Source of the DNA: Octopus bimaculoides
Lineage: Eukaryota
NCBI RefSeq assembly: GCF_001194135.2
Contig: NC_069005.1
Location: 15,343,973-15,400,545 of the forward strand
Direction: 5' to 3'
Length of the DNA stretch: 56,573 nt
Below are positions 1 to 12,463 of this stretch, piece after piece. Position 1 is the first letter of the stretch. Every line of letters starts with the position of its first letter. Below the pieces are notes generated by a model that was given only the letters and a program-made list of their open reading frames with translations, did no database searches and had not been told where the DNA came from. The translations under genes and the position numbers were made by a program.

Positions 1-286
1 ATTGCGGTTTCAAAATTTGGCACAAGCTAGCAATTTTATGAGGAGGGAGTTTGTCCAAGTCTGGTGCTAGGAAGTGTGGGGCCCATTTAGAGAATTGTCA
101 GTGGGGTCCTTTACTCTGCAAAAGCTGAATATTGATGTTTTATGCATTGTGTAACACCAGTCCCAGCCAAAGTTCATTGAGGGCTTGAAGTTCCACCATT
201 AGCCACAATGATACACTAAAAATTCATCATACAACCCTGTGCTTGAGCATGTGTGCAGAGACCAAATTGAACAAATCTGTCTAATT

Positions 287-864
287 GGCTGAAAAACATG
301 TCAATATTGACAAATGTTCTGGGAGACCCGCAACCAGCAGAACTGAGAAAAACAGCACAGATGTGCATGCAGCTGTGAGGGGAAACCATTGAATCACCAT
401 CCGAGAGTTATCAGAGGATGTGCAGATTAATTTCAGTTCAGTCCATTATCACTGAAGGTTTGGGTATGAGATGTGTGTCTGCCAATTTTGAGTCAAAACT
501 GCTTTCAGCAGACCAAAAAGACACTCAGGTTTCAGTTGCACAAGATCACCTTGATTGTGTCGAAAATGATGAAAAATTTTTGAAAACTTTGCATAGGCCT
601 CTGAGCAGGTGTCACCAAGCTTTTTTGCAAAATTTGATGTAGATTTTCTGCTCAACTTACTCTGTCATGGTCAATGCGACGATCACACGCTACTCACCTC
701 CCTTCCTAGCACTGCTGTAAACAGCAGAAGTGAGCTAGAATGTTAAAACTTAGTGTACATGCACAGCAGAGTTCAAGATCAATTTGAGCCAAGCGATTTC
801 ACTCTGTGTACTTTAGCTTCATTACTATGGCAACAGTCCAAATACTTGTTGATCAGACCACGTA
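287..864 (+). mobile_element. Non-autonomous fold-back mariner derivative, 5'-truncated copy
   Basis: Transposase N-terminal remnant (IRELSEDV..SFSSVQSIITEGLGMRCVSANF) joined to an inverted copy of the element's 5' end, ending ...gatcagaccacg-TA. Homologous to 24703-25509. Confidence 0.8.
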
Positions 865-884
865 TAGATAGATAGATAGACATG

Positions 885-1135
885 TAAAGGTAAGATCCAA
901 GGATCAGGGTGTAGGAAGTTATTGAGCTTCAAGCAGTCCATAGCAGGTATAAAAATCAACTTTCAGGGAACAATAGTGGTTTATTGGCACAGAAGGTTGT
1001 GAATTTTTCCTGTATTGAAGTGCGATAAACTGAAAATGGTTATTTTATAGTTCATGAGTAGCTTGCGGTCTACCCCTTGTTTGGATAATTATTACTTCTG
1101 AGATTCTGCAAGCTATGAAACATATGTAACCTGGA
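885..1135 (+). mobile_element. Hammerhead-bearing repeat fragment, homologous to 44240-44620(-)
   Basis: About 170 bp align by eye with the reverse complement of 44455-44620. It ends in a helix II plus GAAACATATGTA, with the CUGA part deleted. Confidence 0.65.
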
Positions 1136-1168
1136 TTTTATCTACTCCATTCCCTAATTTGGGATATA

Positions 1169-1668
1169 CAATAATGCCTTGATATACAAGTTAATTTGTT
1201 CCCAGAGACTGCTTGTAAAGTGAAAACTCGTAAAGCAGGGCAATAATTTCCCATAGTAGCAATGTTATAAATTGTAATTCATTCCCAGAAAAATATTTTA
1301 CCTGTAAAATTTAAAACATTCATAAATTAATAGCAATAAAACAACAGTAGAATATAAAGAATATTTTATGTAAAGTAAAAGGAACGTTGAAATCATTTAT
1401 AATAAAAAATATTATTATAATCGTTTTTTGAATCACTTTCACTCAGACTAGACTTATGCACACTATCATTACGATTCACAAGAACTTGTAGACGGACTTG
1501 TAGATTTATTTTTTAAAAAAAGTCTAGAGTTGTTTGCTTAGCAGAAGCATTTGTTATGGTAGTAGAAACTTTTGCACTTTGTTCAAAATTTGGATCTTGT
1601 GCTTGAAAAATAAAACTTGTAAACCTGGGGTCTCGTAAAGCAGGTCCTTGTAAAGAGAGATATTACTG
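1169..1668. mobile_element. pogo/Tigger-type MITE (500 bp)
   Basis: TA|CAATAATGCCTTG ... GATATTACTG|TA termini and internal repeated (c)tcgtaaag motifs. Confidence 0.55.
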
Positions 1669-1713
1669 TATGTGTGTGTTTGTGTATGTATGTATGTATG
1701 TATGTATGTATAT

Positions 1714-1747
<34 letters not shown>

Positions 1748-1751
1748 CATA

Positions 1752-1911
1752 CACAACGGGCTTCTTTCAGCTTCCTTCAACCAGATCTACTCAAAGACTT
1801 TGGTCAGCCCAGGGCTATAGTAAAAGACACTTGCCCAAGGTGTCACACAGTGAGACTGAACCTGGAACTCTGTGTTTGGGAAGTAAGCTTCTTACCACAC
1901 ACCAACACCTG
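1752..1911 (-). mobile_element. tRNA-type SINE family A (other copies: 21712-21813+, 21844-21923-, 22927-23282+, 41645-41805-, 44925-45065+, 45495-45665-, 46230-46392-, tail at 56400-56573-)
   Basis: Shared head gtggctgtgtggtaagaagcttgcttcccaaccacatggttccaggttcagtccc with A-box- and B-box-like motifs. Confidence 0.85.
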
Positions 1912-2556
1912 CACTAACATCATTAGTGGAATGGCCATTAAATTTAATTAGGTAGTCAAAAGCTTAATGAGATACATTTTTGCAAGTGATAAGTTTACAG
2001 TAGCTTCAAAGTTTCATTATGAGCCAACTTCTTCCAGCTAAAATTTCTTGGTCCTAAGTGCTGTTTATATGCTAAGGTTCAACTTGTAGGTGAAGTATAG
2101 TGAACACAATGTAGACATAGTTGAGAGAGCAGTGCTTTTTTAAGAAAAAAACAGTTGAATTGATGAGTATATATAAATATAAAAAGAAAACTTTTACATT
2201 GTCATAAAATGGCATTAGTCAAGTCAATGAAAAATATTTCAAATGGGAATTGAAACAGGATAATAAATTTCCTTTTGTTAGAAACTTACTATTAGCCACA
2301 CCATTTAAATAGCAGCTGTCAAAACCCTTTAAATTTACATTAATACACATACACACACACACACACAAATGCATGAATGTATTTACAATAATGCATGTAG
2401 ATATACCATCTTGTCTTTAATATTCTAAAAGATTTCCTTTACACTGATGAATATAAAGATGTCTGCCAAGAGCATTGCTGAAACTCAAGATGTGAAAGGC
2501 TAAACAATTCTGGTTAACTTCTAATGAACTTCATATTAATGCTATTAACTTGATAA

Positions 2557-3078
2557 TGATGTCATTTATGTAGCAATGACATCATCGATTTGGCAATGAT
2601 GTCATTGAGTTGGCACTGATGTCATCAATTTGGCAACAGTTCATCAATTTGGCACTGATGTTATTGACATGGTAATGATGTCATTGACTTAGCAATAATG
2701 TCATCGATTTGGCACTGATGCAATCAACTTGGCACTGACATCATTGAGTTGGCACTGATGTGATCAACTTGGCAATGAAGTCATTGACTTGGCAACGAAG
2801 TCATCAATTTGGTAATGATGTCATTGATTTGGTAATGATGTCATTGACTTGGCACTGACAGCATTGACTTAGCAATGATGTCATCACTGTGACAATGAAG
2901 TCATTGACTTGGCAATAATATCATTAATTTGGTGCTGATGTCATCACTGACAATGATGTCATCAATTGTGGCATTGAAGTCATTGGCTTAACACTAATGT
3001 CATCAACTTGACACTGTTGTCATTAACTGGGCAATGATGTCATCAAGCTGACTATGATATCATTGGCTCAAATGCAGA
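2557..3078. repeat. Degenerate 20-bp minisatellite, about 25 units, consensus GATGTCATTGACTTGGCAAT
   Basis: Period-20 units read directly, with occasional 18-21 bp variants. Confidence 0.95.
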
Positions 3079-4673
3079 TGTTCAATCACATCACATAATT
3101 CTGAATTTGTGTGTTCACCAACATACAAAAATTATAAATTAATCAAGCCAGGTTACTTATACAAGAAGTTAGTTTTCTTAAGTTGGGCCATCAACATCAA
3201 CATTTCAAGAGTATTTGATAATCACAGAGTGACTGTAATGAATATCACGAGGAATGGAGGGATGTATGTGTGTGCGTGGTGGTGGTGGTGGTGGAGAGTG
3301 GTTCAAATGTAAGTTGTGAAAACAAATGTCAACATAAAGTAGTAAAGAGTAAACAAAAACAAGTAATAAACAAAATCAACATCAATGTTAGAGAAATATT
3401 AGTAAAAAGCAAATAAAAAAATAATTAAAATGTAACGTATGTTGGAGTGTTGCAAGAAGAAATATGTTATATTTAGGCATGCCCCCATCATTAGTTTTGT
3501 TGACTCTGAGACATGTTTTTTTAATGATACACATCACACCACATATACACAATACTACTATTCAGAACTGAGTTCGACTATGGCTTAATAACAACAATGC
3601 TATCATCTCCATGTATACAATAACACCATCATTTAATGTCTGTCTTCCATGCTAGCACAGCTTGGGAAGTTTCACAGGTGCTGGTAAGGCTAGTGGGGTG
3701 CTGCACTAAGTTCCATTGTCTGTTCTGGCATGGTTTTTATGTCTGGATGCCCTTCCTAAAGTCAACCACTCCATAGAGAGAACTGGGTGCTTTTTATGTG
3801 GCACCAGTGCTTTTTAATATGGCACCACCATGAGTGCTTTTTATGTGGCACCAGCACCATTTTTTTTTATGTGGAACCAGCACTGGTATGAATTCTAAAT
3901 ACACATATATTATATTCATCTGTTAGAGCAACAAGGACCATTTAGCCATTCTTAAGGATAAGTGATGACTTGTGTGGTGATTATGTTTAAAGTGAAGATG
4001 AGTTGCATATCGTCAACCTCACTCTCTTGTCCATGACTATCTTCAGTCCAGTAACAAGATCAGCTCAAGACAACTACAGAAATGGATGCAGTGGTTGACC
4101 AACATGCCTTATTCGTCTCATCCTGCTCTCTGCACTCCACAATGTGTTGCTGCAGCTGCTTTCCCTTCTGTTGAACCATGAAGGTTTCTCTGGCAGAGTC
4201 CACAGGATTTAGTCTTCACAGGCACAAGTAGGCAAGCCTTGATATGCTAATTAATCCACAGCTGGGGCCCTAACAGGTGCAGCTATTTAAGGTCAGAGTA
4301 GATCTAGGAATAATTGCAGTTAAGAGGTGATTCCACACTCCTCAAGACTCTGGAATCCTGAAACAGGGCCCCCATAACCAGATATAGTTTAAAGTCATAC
4401 CCTGGACAAACAGCATATATACCCTATACAACAAGAAGAAAAACACACCATGCATACACATGCCCCAAATATTAGATATTTCTTCTCCTCATACAACAAT
4501 AATTCAGCTCAAATGAGAGTACCACATGTGGTCATTTGATATTTCTAGAAATAGATATGGTGGGGAGTGAACTAGTTATATCACTGGGTGTGTAAATTAT
4601 TTGGATTTTTGTTTTCTTATATCCTAATATAATAATGAGCGTAGTGTTTTTATATATTTGTGTGTGTGTATAT

Positions 4674-4737
<64 letters not shown>

Positions 4738-5994
4738 CCAGAATCATGCTGGACACGGAGGAGGAGAGAAAATAGTAATTCAGTGAAGGAAAAGTAGTGA
4801 GAGTAATAGCTCTGACTGAGAGGGAGTGAGAGAAAATAATAGCAATGAGAGAAAGGAAGGGGTAATAGATGAATAAGGAAGGAAGAGGTGACAAAAAAAA
4901 TCAGCATTTTAATTCTGTGTGAGTATGTGCATGCATGTGTGTGCATGTACACGAGAAGTATATGAATGTTTGTATGTGTGATTATTATGTACCTTATTTA
5001 TATATAAAATGCTACAATTAACTATCATTATTGATGGCACGTGGTCAGCTAGTTAAATATATAATACGTTTTATAGGCATGGTGATGCAAACAGGAAAAA
5101 CAGAACTCAAAATATGAGTATATTTTTTATCAAACAAGTTTATTAAGTGCCAACACATGAAACTCTTGACATTTGAGTCAGTGTGTTGCTTCTGCTAAAT
5201 ATTAATAAAACATTTCATGAATATCATAATTAAGTAAAGTTATAGCACTGGGGTTGGTGTAATTGACTTAATTACTCCAGGATAAAAGTGTAAAATCTGC
5301 ACCTCTCTGCCAGGGCATGTTGTGCCTGTGTGGCAGAGAAGGTTAATCAAACCAGTATGATCTCAAGCTCAGATACATGGCCTCCACACCAGACTGTGGT
5401 TGCTGGGGAGAACATGCTGAGTCCTTTGATTGACAATCCAATCCAAAAGTCAGAGTGTCAGAGAAAATGGCTTTAGCTGTTTTCAGGTGAACTCTTCCAT
5501 TCTCCTTAGAACTGCTGACCTTGTGCCCAAATCAGAAACAAGTATCCAGTAAATATATTAAGTAAAGTATGTTAGACATTCATTTCATATATATATATGT
5601 ATATATATATATATCGTCATCATCATCATTTAGCATCTGCTTTCCATGCTGGCATGGGTTAGATGATTTGACTGTAACTAGTAAGCTGGAGAGTTGTATC
5701 AGGTTCCAGTCTGATTTGGCATGATTTCTATGGCTAGATGCCCTTCCTAATGCCAACCACTCCAAGAGTGTAATGGGCATTTTTTACATGCTACCAGCAT
5801 GGCTGCCAGTTTTGTGACACTGGCATTGGCCATGACTACAGTTTTACATATATATCAGTGTGTGTGTGTGTGTGTGTGTGTGTGTATTTGTATATTGGAG
5901 ATAGTAACAATATTTATATATTAAAAATCTTTTTTAGACAAAGGTGTTTTCATTTGATGTTTTTCCTTGTTATAATTATCATTATTGCTAAGAT

Positions 5995-6200
5995 GGTGAT
6001 CTGGCAGAATTGTTAGCATGCTGGACAAAATGCTTAGAGGAATTTCTTCCAGGATTATCTTCCGAGTTCAAATTTCACCAAAGTCAACTTTGCCTTTTAT
6101 TATTTTGGTGGGGTCAATAAAATAAATAACAGTTGAGTACGGGGTTGATATAATCAATTATGTCCCTCCCTGCAAAGTTTCAGGTCTTGTACCTATAGTA
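5995..6200 (+). mobile_element. tRNA-type SINE family B (other copies: 8020-8225+, 8310-8490+, 14525-14660-, 14740-14930-, 14945-15160-, 15835-16030-, 20850-21030-, 21100-21290-, 52700-52870-, 54670-54870+)
   Basis: Shared ggtgagctggcagaattgttagcatg...gttcaaattcc...ctttgcctttcatcctttc...aagtaccagtt. Usually flanked by (AAT)n. Confidence 0.85.
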
Positions 6201-6210
6201 AAAAGGATTA

Positions 6211-6259
<49 letters not shown>

Positions 6260-6274
6260 CATTATTATTATCAT

Positions 6275-6775
6275 TATTGAGTGAGAGAGCAGTGTGTGCC
6301 ATCAAAGTGACACTGGGGTAAAATTTATGAAGCTTAGTATACCCATCATGACTACCCGTCTGATAAGGATACACCAGGCACATGCATCACAACCATATGT
6401 GCGCAACATGGTGATCTCAAATCAAGATTAATAGTGCATGACCTTGCAGGTGGGGCCCAATTAGAATTTTCTTCAGGTTGAGCAGCCCAGCCCACTCAAA
6501 AAGTCCCTGAATAAAGCTTGTTCAAGGATGTTGAACAAAACACCAATGTTTCCAAAGGTGAATTATCCAAACCCCAAAGAATTCCTTGTAACACATGGCT
6601 ATGATGTTCCACCACTACTTCTGCTCTTGATCAGAGATGCACATATCGTCAGCCACCGAAGGACATGCTCACCTGAGTATGGTCAAGCTACTGACAAGTA
6701 AATCTGTGGTATTGAGCAGAATATTTGCTGTAGACCATCTTTTATACAAACTACATGATAACACTTCCAATTAGT
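6275..6775. mobile_element. Interspersed repeat family E (fragments also at 19575-19780 and 51085-51330)
   Basis: The segment acacatggctatgatg...atcagagatgcacatatcgtcagccac...caactgacaagcaaatctgtg recurs three times in the window. Confidence 0.7.
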
Positions 6776-6849
6776 TAAAATCAGAAGCCATGAGAGCCAC
6801 TGCCTGGTACTGCATCAATGCATTCATTGATATCTGGGCGACACATGAT

Positions 6850-8010
6850 ATCTTTCGAGCGAGTTCGTTGCCAGTGCCCCTGGACTGGCTCTTGTGCGGG
6901 TGACACATGAAATGTATCGAGCGGGATTGTTTGCCAGTGCCCCTGGACTGGCTCATGTGCGGGCGACNNNNNNNNNNNNNNNNNNNNNNNNNNNNNNNNN
7001 NNNNNNNNNNNNNNNNNNNNNNNNNNNNNNNNNNNNNNNNNNNNNNNNNNNNNNNNNNNNNNNNNNNNNNNNNNNNNNNNNNNNNNNNNNNNNNNNNNNN
7101 NNNNNNNNNNNNNNNNNNNNNNNNNNNNNNNNNNNNNNNNNNNNNNNNNNNNNNNNNNNNNNNNNNNNNNNNNNNNNNNNNNNNNNNNNNNNNNNNNNNN
7201 NNNNNNNNNNNNNNNNNNNNNNNNNNNNNNNNNNNNNNNNNNNNNNNNNNNNNNNNNNNNNNNNNNNNNNNNNNNNNNNNNNNNNNNNNNNNNNNNNNNN
7301 NNNNNNNNNNNNNNNNNNNNNNNNNNNNNNNNNNNNNNNNNNNNNNNNNNNNNNNNNNNNNNNNNNNNNNNNNNNNNNNNNNNNNNNNNNNNNNNNNNNN
7401 NNNNNNNNNNNNNNNNNNNNNNNNNNNNNNNNNNNNNNNNNNNNNNNNNNNNNNNNNNNNNNNNNNNNNNNNNNNNNNNNNNNNNNNNNNNNNNNNNNNN
7501 NNNNNNNNNNNNNNNNNNNNNNNNNNNNNNNNNNNNNNNNNNNNNNNNNNNNNNNNNNNNNNNNNNNNNNNNNNNNNNNNNNNNNNNNNNNNNNNNNNNN
7601 NNNNNNNNNNNNNNNNNNNNNNNNNNNNNNNNNNNNNNNNNNNNNNNNNNNNNNNNNNNNNNNNNNNNNNNNNNNNNNNNNNNNNNNNNNNNNNNNNNNN
7701 NNNNNNNNNNNNNNNNNNNNNNNNNNNNNNNNNNNNNNNNNNNNNNNNNTTGCCAGTGCCCCTGGACTGGCTCTTGTGCGGGTGGCACATAAAAGACACC
7801 ATTTCGAGCGTGGCCGTTTTCGTGTCACTGACACGTAAAAGCACCCACTACACTCTCTGAGTGGTTGGCGTTAGGAAGGGCATCCAGCTGTAGAAACTCT
7901 GCCAAATTAGATTGGAGCCTGGTGTTGCCATCCGGTTTCACCAGTCCTCAGTCAAATCGTCCAACCCATGCTAGCATGGAAGGCGGACGTTAAACGATGA
8001 TGATGGTGAT
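6850..8010 (+). mobile_element. SINE family C with an internal tandem region spanning the N gap 6968-7749 (other copies: 18930-19572+, 52485-52605+, 3625-3890-, 5615-5835-, 16165-16350-, 46105-46190-, 46738-47050-)
   Basis: Shared gagtggttggcattaggaagggcatccagctgtagaaac...catgctagcatggaag.ggacgttaaacgatgatgat tail. Confidence 0.85.
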
Positions 8011-8247
8011 TATGGAGAAAGCATTGAGCTGGCAGAGTCATTAGCATATCAGACAAAATACTAGGCAGCACTTCCTCTGGCTTTATGTTTTGAGTTCAAA
8101 TTCCACCTAGGCTGACTTTGCCTTTCATCCTTTCAGGGTTGATGGAATAAGTACCAGTCAAGCACTGGTGTTGATGTAATTGACTAAACCCCTCCCCCAA
8201 AATTGCTGACCTTGTGCCAAAATTTGAAATTAATATTATTATTATCA

Positions 8248-8293
<46 letters not shown>

Positions 8294-8504
8294 CATTATT
8301 AATGGTAGCAAGCTGGCAGAATCATTAGCATGCTGAGCAAAATGCTTAGTGGCATTTTGCTCATCATTACATTCTGAATTCAACTTCGCCTTTCATCCTT
8401 TCCATGTTGATAAAATACATACCAGTTATACACTGGAATCAAGGTAGTCAATTAGCCCCACCCACCAAATTTCAGGTCTTGTACCTATAGTAGGATTATT
8501 ATTA

Positions 8505-8876
8505 TTACCACTGCCTTAGCGAAGGCAGAGGTATTTTTTTCAGTCGTGTTTGTTTGTTTGTTTGTCCATGGACAAGATATCTCAAGAACTGCTGGATGGA
8601 TTGAGATGAAACTTTCTGGGATGTTTGGCTTCATGACTGGCACAAACTGATTAGATTTGGGGATTGATCTGGTACCAGACAAAGATTCTGGAAATTTTTC
8701 CAATTTTTTTTTTCTTAATTTTTGAGAGCGGTCGGGTTCATTTTTAGTATTCTCATTTTTGAGAGCAATTGAGTTTATTTCAGATATCCTCATTTTAAAA
8801 ATCATCTCCAGCTAATCATTGAGAGGATGTTGGTGCTGTCTTGGCAGAGGTTTGAGCTCTCTGAGTGCTCTAGTTA
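8505..8876 (+). mobile_element. Helentron-associated (DINE-1/HINE-like) non-autonomous element
   Basis: 5' hairpin ctgcctt-agcg-aaggcag, a (GTTT)n tract, a 3' subterminal ggcagagg and a terminal stem gagc...gtgctc-tagtt. Confidence 0.5.
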
Positions 8877-9908
8877 ATATAATTTTTACAAATCTGAGTT
8901 AGCCTCTAGTGTTCAAACCAGCCATACCAGGCCCAAATATTCTACCTATTTTATGCTCAAATTGACCAGCTCAGGCCTCTCTCACTTTCTCTACAATGTT
9001 ATTCTAAAAATAAACAAATGCATCATCAAAATCTTGAAGCTACAAAATAGTGCACGACTGATACAAAGCAATGTGAATAAATAAGCATTACATTTGACAG
9101 AGTAATCTAAATCATGGAAATTCAGCTATTTCTAGCAAATCAAGCAACCACATAGAAAGTACTCTCTCATCATTAGTTCATTATTAATAAAGTGTATAAG
9201 TAACAAATGTTATAAATATTAGTAGGAATATAAAAGTGTTAATACAAAGAGTATAACTAGCATGTGTTATTTTAGAAGATAGGATTTTTAAGCAATTGCA
9301 GTGCGGGCTTCAAGTTCTGTACGAAATGGTACCTCTATTCAGCTACAATTAAGGTACTTCATTTAATGAAGGAATGTTAAAGATGGCAATAATTGGAGGC
9401 AGGGGGTAGTGTTTATATAGCTATTTGTGCACATAGCACTCACTCTTGTCAATCTGGCAAAGTTCCTTTTGAAGGTGGTCTGAATTTCAAATCTGTTGGT
9501 CTTGTGAAGGAGAGAGCTGGATAGAAGAAAGAAACAAACTAAAAGGCTAAAAACAGGTGTGTAGTTGAGATATTCACTTGACAATGAAGTGGTCACTGGT
9601 TCAAGCCCATCACACAAACACTTTGAGTGCCTTTCATCATAGCATTGGGTTGAAAGCCAGCACTCTCTATCTTTCTCCCCCCCTCTCTCTCTCTCTCACG
9701 CACACACACACACATGTATATAACAATGTTTGTTTTTATGTTCAGTTATAATAAAAACAATTTTACGTTAATCTGATGGCTTACTCTATATTTCTGTAGA
9801 ATACAAATTTATTATTCTTAAACAAGAATGTTATTGACAGTAACTCTGACAATGGCTTAGCTGGCCAAAACTTTAAAGTCACAGTCAACAACATACTTGT
9901 TTAAAAAT

Positions 9909-9939
<31 letters not shown>

Positions 9940-9940
9940 G

Positions 9941-9982
<42 letters not shown>

Positions 9983-9989
9983 CCTGGCA

Positions 9990-10305
9990 TTCTGTTGGTT
10001 GTGGTGATGAAGCTTCGAGTTGATCCAGTCAATGAAAGTCTGTTTGTAAAATTAACATGGGAGAGGCTGAGCAATCCAGACATGCATAGCTTTAATGTAG
10101 TTGTCACAGAGATTCAACATGACACAGACTATGACAAAGCTGGCCCTTTGAAATACAGGTACTACTCATTTTTGCCAGCTGAGTGGACTGGAGCTATGTG
10201 AAGTAAAGTGTCTTGCTGAAGGACACAACCTGCTACTGGGAATCAAACGCACAACCTTTCAGTTGTGAGCTGAATATTTTAACCACTAAGACACGCAACT
10301 TCACT
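9990..10305 (+). mobile_element. SINE family D (copies: 10400-10640+, 19960-20215-, 26850-27065+, 45150-45410-)
   Basis: Shared ctcatttttgccagctgagtggactggagcaatgtgaaataaagtgtcttgctcaag. Confidence 0.8.
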
Positions 10306-11208
10306 GCACACACACAGAGAAACAGACAGAGGCATAAAGGGGTAATGACCCCCTTCAGTCATGAATGACTATGAGATTACACCAAGAAAGTTCCCCACCA
10401 AGGCACAAGTCCAGCAGTCACTCATGCATACCAGCCTCCCTCCTCTCCACACCACTGATATTATCCAAGGGAAAGGCAAAGGCCGATACAGCTTGGCACC
10501 AAAATTGTCTCAACTTATTCCTACAGCTGAGTGAACTGGAGCAATGTGAAATAAAGTGTCTTGCTCAAGAACACAACACACAGCCTGGTCCAGGATTCGA
10601 ACTCACAACCTCATGATTGTGAGCCCAATAATCTAACCACAGGTATACACATATATGAATATACACATGCTTCTATAATACATACAAACACACACGTCAT
10701 CATCATGTGTGTGTGTATATATACATACACACACACATATAAATGTATGCATGCACACACATACACACACACTCACACACACGTGTGTGGGTGTCAGTAA
10801 GAAAGTGAAACACCAGTGATATTCTCTTATCTCTTCTCAAAGCCAGAAATAACTGTGAATCAAGGTTAATCACAAACCTGTACTCAATGATGTGGTATTG
10901 CTTACAAATGCAATATCAAGGATAAAATAAAATAAAATAAAATAAAATGAACTGAAATGAAAAAATAAAGAAAAAATACAAGGATTTATGGAGTTGGTTT
11001 TGATAAACAGTGCAACACCATGAAAACAAATAAACAATTAAAATAAATATAATTGCTATGACAAACAAAATATAAAATGAAATATATTGATGCCCCTAGA
11101 AAAGGCATGCTTATAATTTTATATCTATCTACCTACATAAATACGAGTGTGTGTATATATATGTTTATATATTTATGCATGTGGGTGGGTGTATGTGAGT
11201 GTGAGTAT

Positions 11209-11269
<61 letters not shown>

Positions 11270-11486
11270 GGTCATAATGTCTTACGTTTAAGATGATTCC
11301 CATGCTTTCTTTGATGAGAAGGTTACAATTTTAATATCAAAGAAGTAAGAGCTGCTGGGATTCCTCATATATTTCTCTTCAGGGAGTTCATAATAAAACA
11401 TAACGGTCACTGACCATGTAACATCTCTGCTCGTAAGTTACCTCATCATTTCGTTTTTGTCTTGCTATTATATGTTTTATTATGAA

Positions 11487-11573
11487 CTCCCTGAAGAGAA
11501 ATATATGAGGAATCCCAGCAGCTCTTACTTCTTTGTGAAGGAGCTCTCATTTATTTTGAAACATGTGTAGAAA
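11487..11573 (+). ncRNA. Hammerhead-like motif, long helix II, weak helix I
   Basis: CTGAAGA 11491-11497, helix II gaaatatatgag/ctcatttatttt, GAAA 11558-11561, ACATGTGT-A. Helix I ctcc/gaaa pairs poorly. Confidence 0.55.
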
Positions 11574-12376
11574 TTAAAGGAACTTTTATTTATATGCGTT
11601 TTGCTCCATTTATTATTATTATTCATATCTTCTCAAAATGTATCACTTTAACTTGGTATCTCTACNNNNNNNNNNNNNNNNNNNNNNNNNNNNNNNNNNN
11701 NNNNNNNNNNNNNNNNNNNNNNNNNNNNNNNNNNNNNNNNNNNNNNNNNNNNNNNNNNNNNNNNNNNNNNNNNNNNNNNNNNNNNNNNNNNNNNNNNNNN
11801 NNNNNNNNNNNNNNNNNNNNNNNNNNNNNNNNNNNNNNNNNNNNNNNNNNNNNNNNNNNNNNNNNNNNNNNNNNNNNNNNNNNNNNNNNNNNNNNNNNNN
11901 NNNNNNNNNNNNNNNNNNNNNNNNNNNNNNNNNNNNNNNNNNNNNNNNNNNNNNNNNNNNNNNNNNNNNNNNNNNNNNNNNNNNNNNNNNNNNNNNNNNN
12001 NNNNNNNNNNNNNNNNNNNNNNNNNNNNNNNNNNNNNNNNNNNNNNNNNNNNNNNNNNNNNNNNNNNNNNNNNNNNNNNNNNNNNNNNNNNNNNNNNNNN
12101 NNNNNNNNNNNNNNNNNNNNNNNNNNNNNNNNNNNNNNNNNNNNNNNNNNNNNNNNNNNNNNNNNNNNNNNNNNNNNNNNNNNNNNNNNNNNNNNNNNNN
12201 NNNNNNNNNNNNNNNNNNNNNNNNNNNNNNNNNNNNNNNNNNNNNNNNNNNNNNNNNNNNNNNNNNNNNNNNNNNNNNNNNNNNNNNNNNNNNNNNNNNN
12301 NNNNNNNNATATATATATATATATACACATATATGAAGAATGGAGCAAAGCGCGTATGATCAATAAGTTCCTTTAA

Positions 12377-12463
12377 TTCCTACATATGTTTCAAAATATA
12401 TGTACACTCTACTCCAAAGAAGTAAGAGGTGTTGGAATTGCACATAAATTCATCGTCAGGAAA
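12377..12463 (-). ncRNA. Type I hammerhead ribozyme motif (PLE-associated)
   Basis: TTTC-CTGACGA-[14-position helix II]-GAA-ACATATGT-A-GGAA. Core intact, GUA site, U.U at the helix II closing pair. Confidence 0.7.

Noticed and set aside
1583-1951. YI/HT/VC-rich ORFs here and elsewhere (4532-4952, 27675-28027 and others)
   Set aside because: Translations of (TA)n, (CA)n and (TATG)n microsatellites and SINEs.
2557-3078. CRISPR-like array or coding repeat
   Set aside because: No unique spacers, a period of 20 that is not a multiple of 3, and a eukaryotic context.
4532-4630. Candidate last exon (KKTKIQIIYTPSDITSS...)
   Set aside because: It needs a phase-1 join, has a weak pyrimidine tract and shows no recognisable homology. 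Not excluded if an unseen exon intervenes.
6771-7860. Long ORFs of 290-357 aa
   Set aside because: They are artefacts of translating N gaps. The same applies to 11594-12376, 33367-33982 and 50328-50929.
9901-10201. Possible downstream RIM-BP exon or a plus-strand ORF
   Set aside because: The sequence belongs to SINE family D (inverse copy at 19960-20215), and there is no in-phase acceptor.
11281-11402. Third hammerhead on the minus strand of the left IR arm
   Set aside because: It has CTGAAGA and part of helix II, but no valid NUH site after GAAA.
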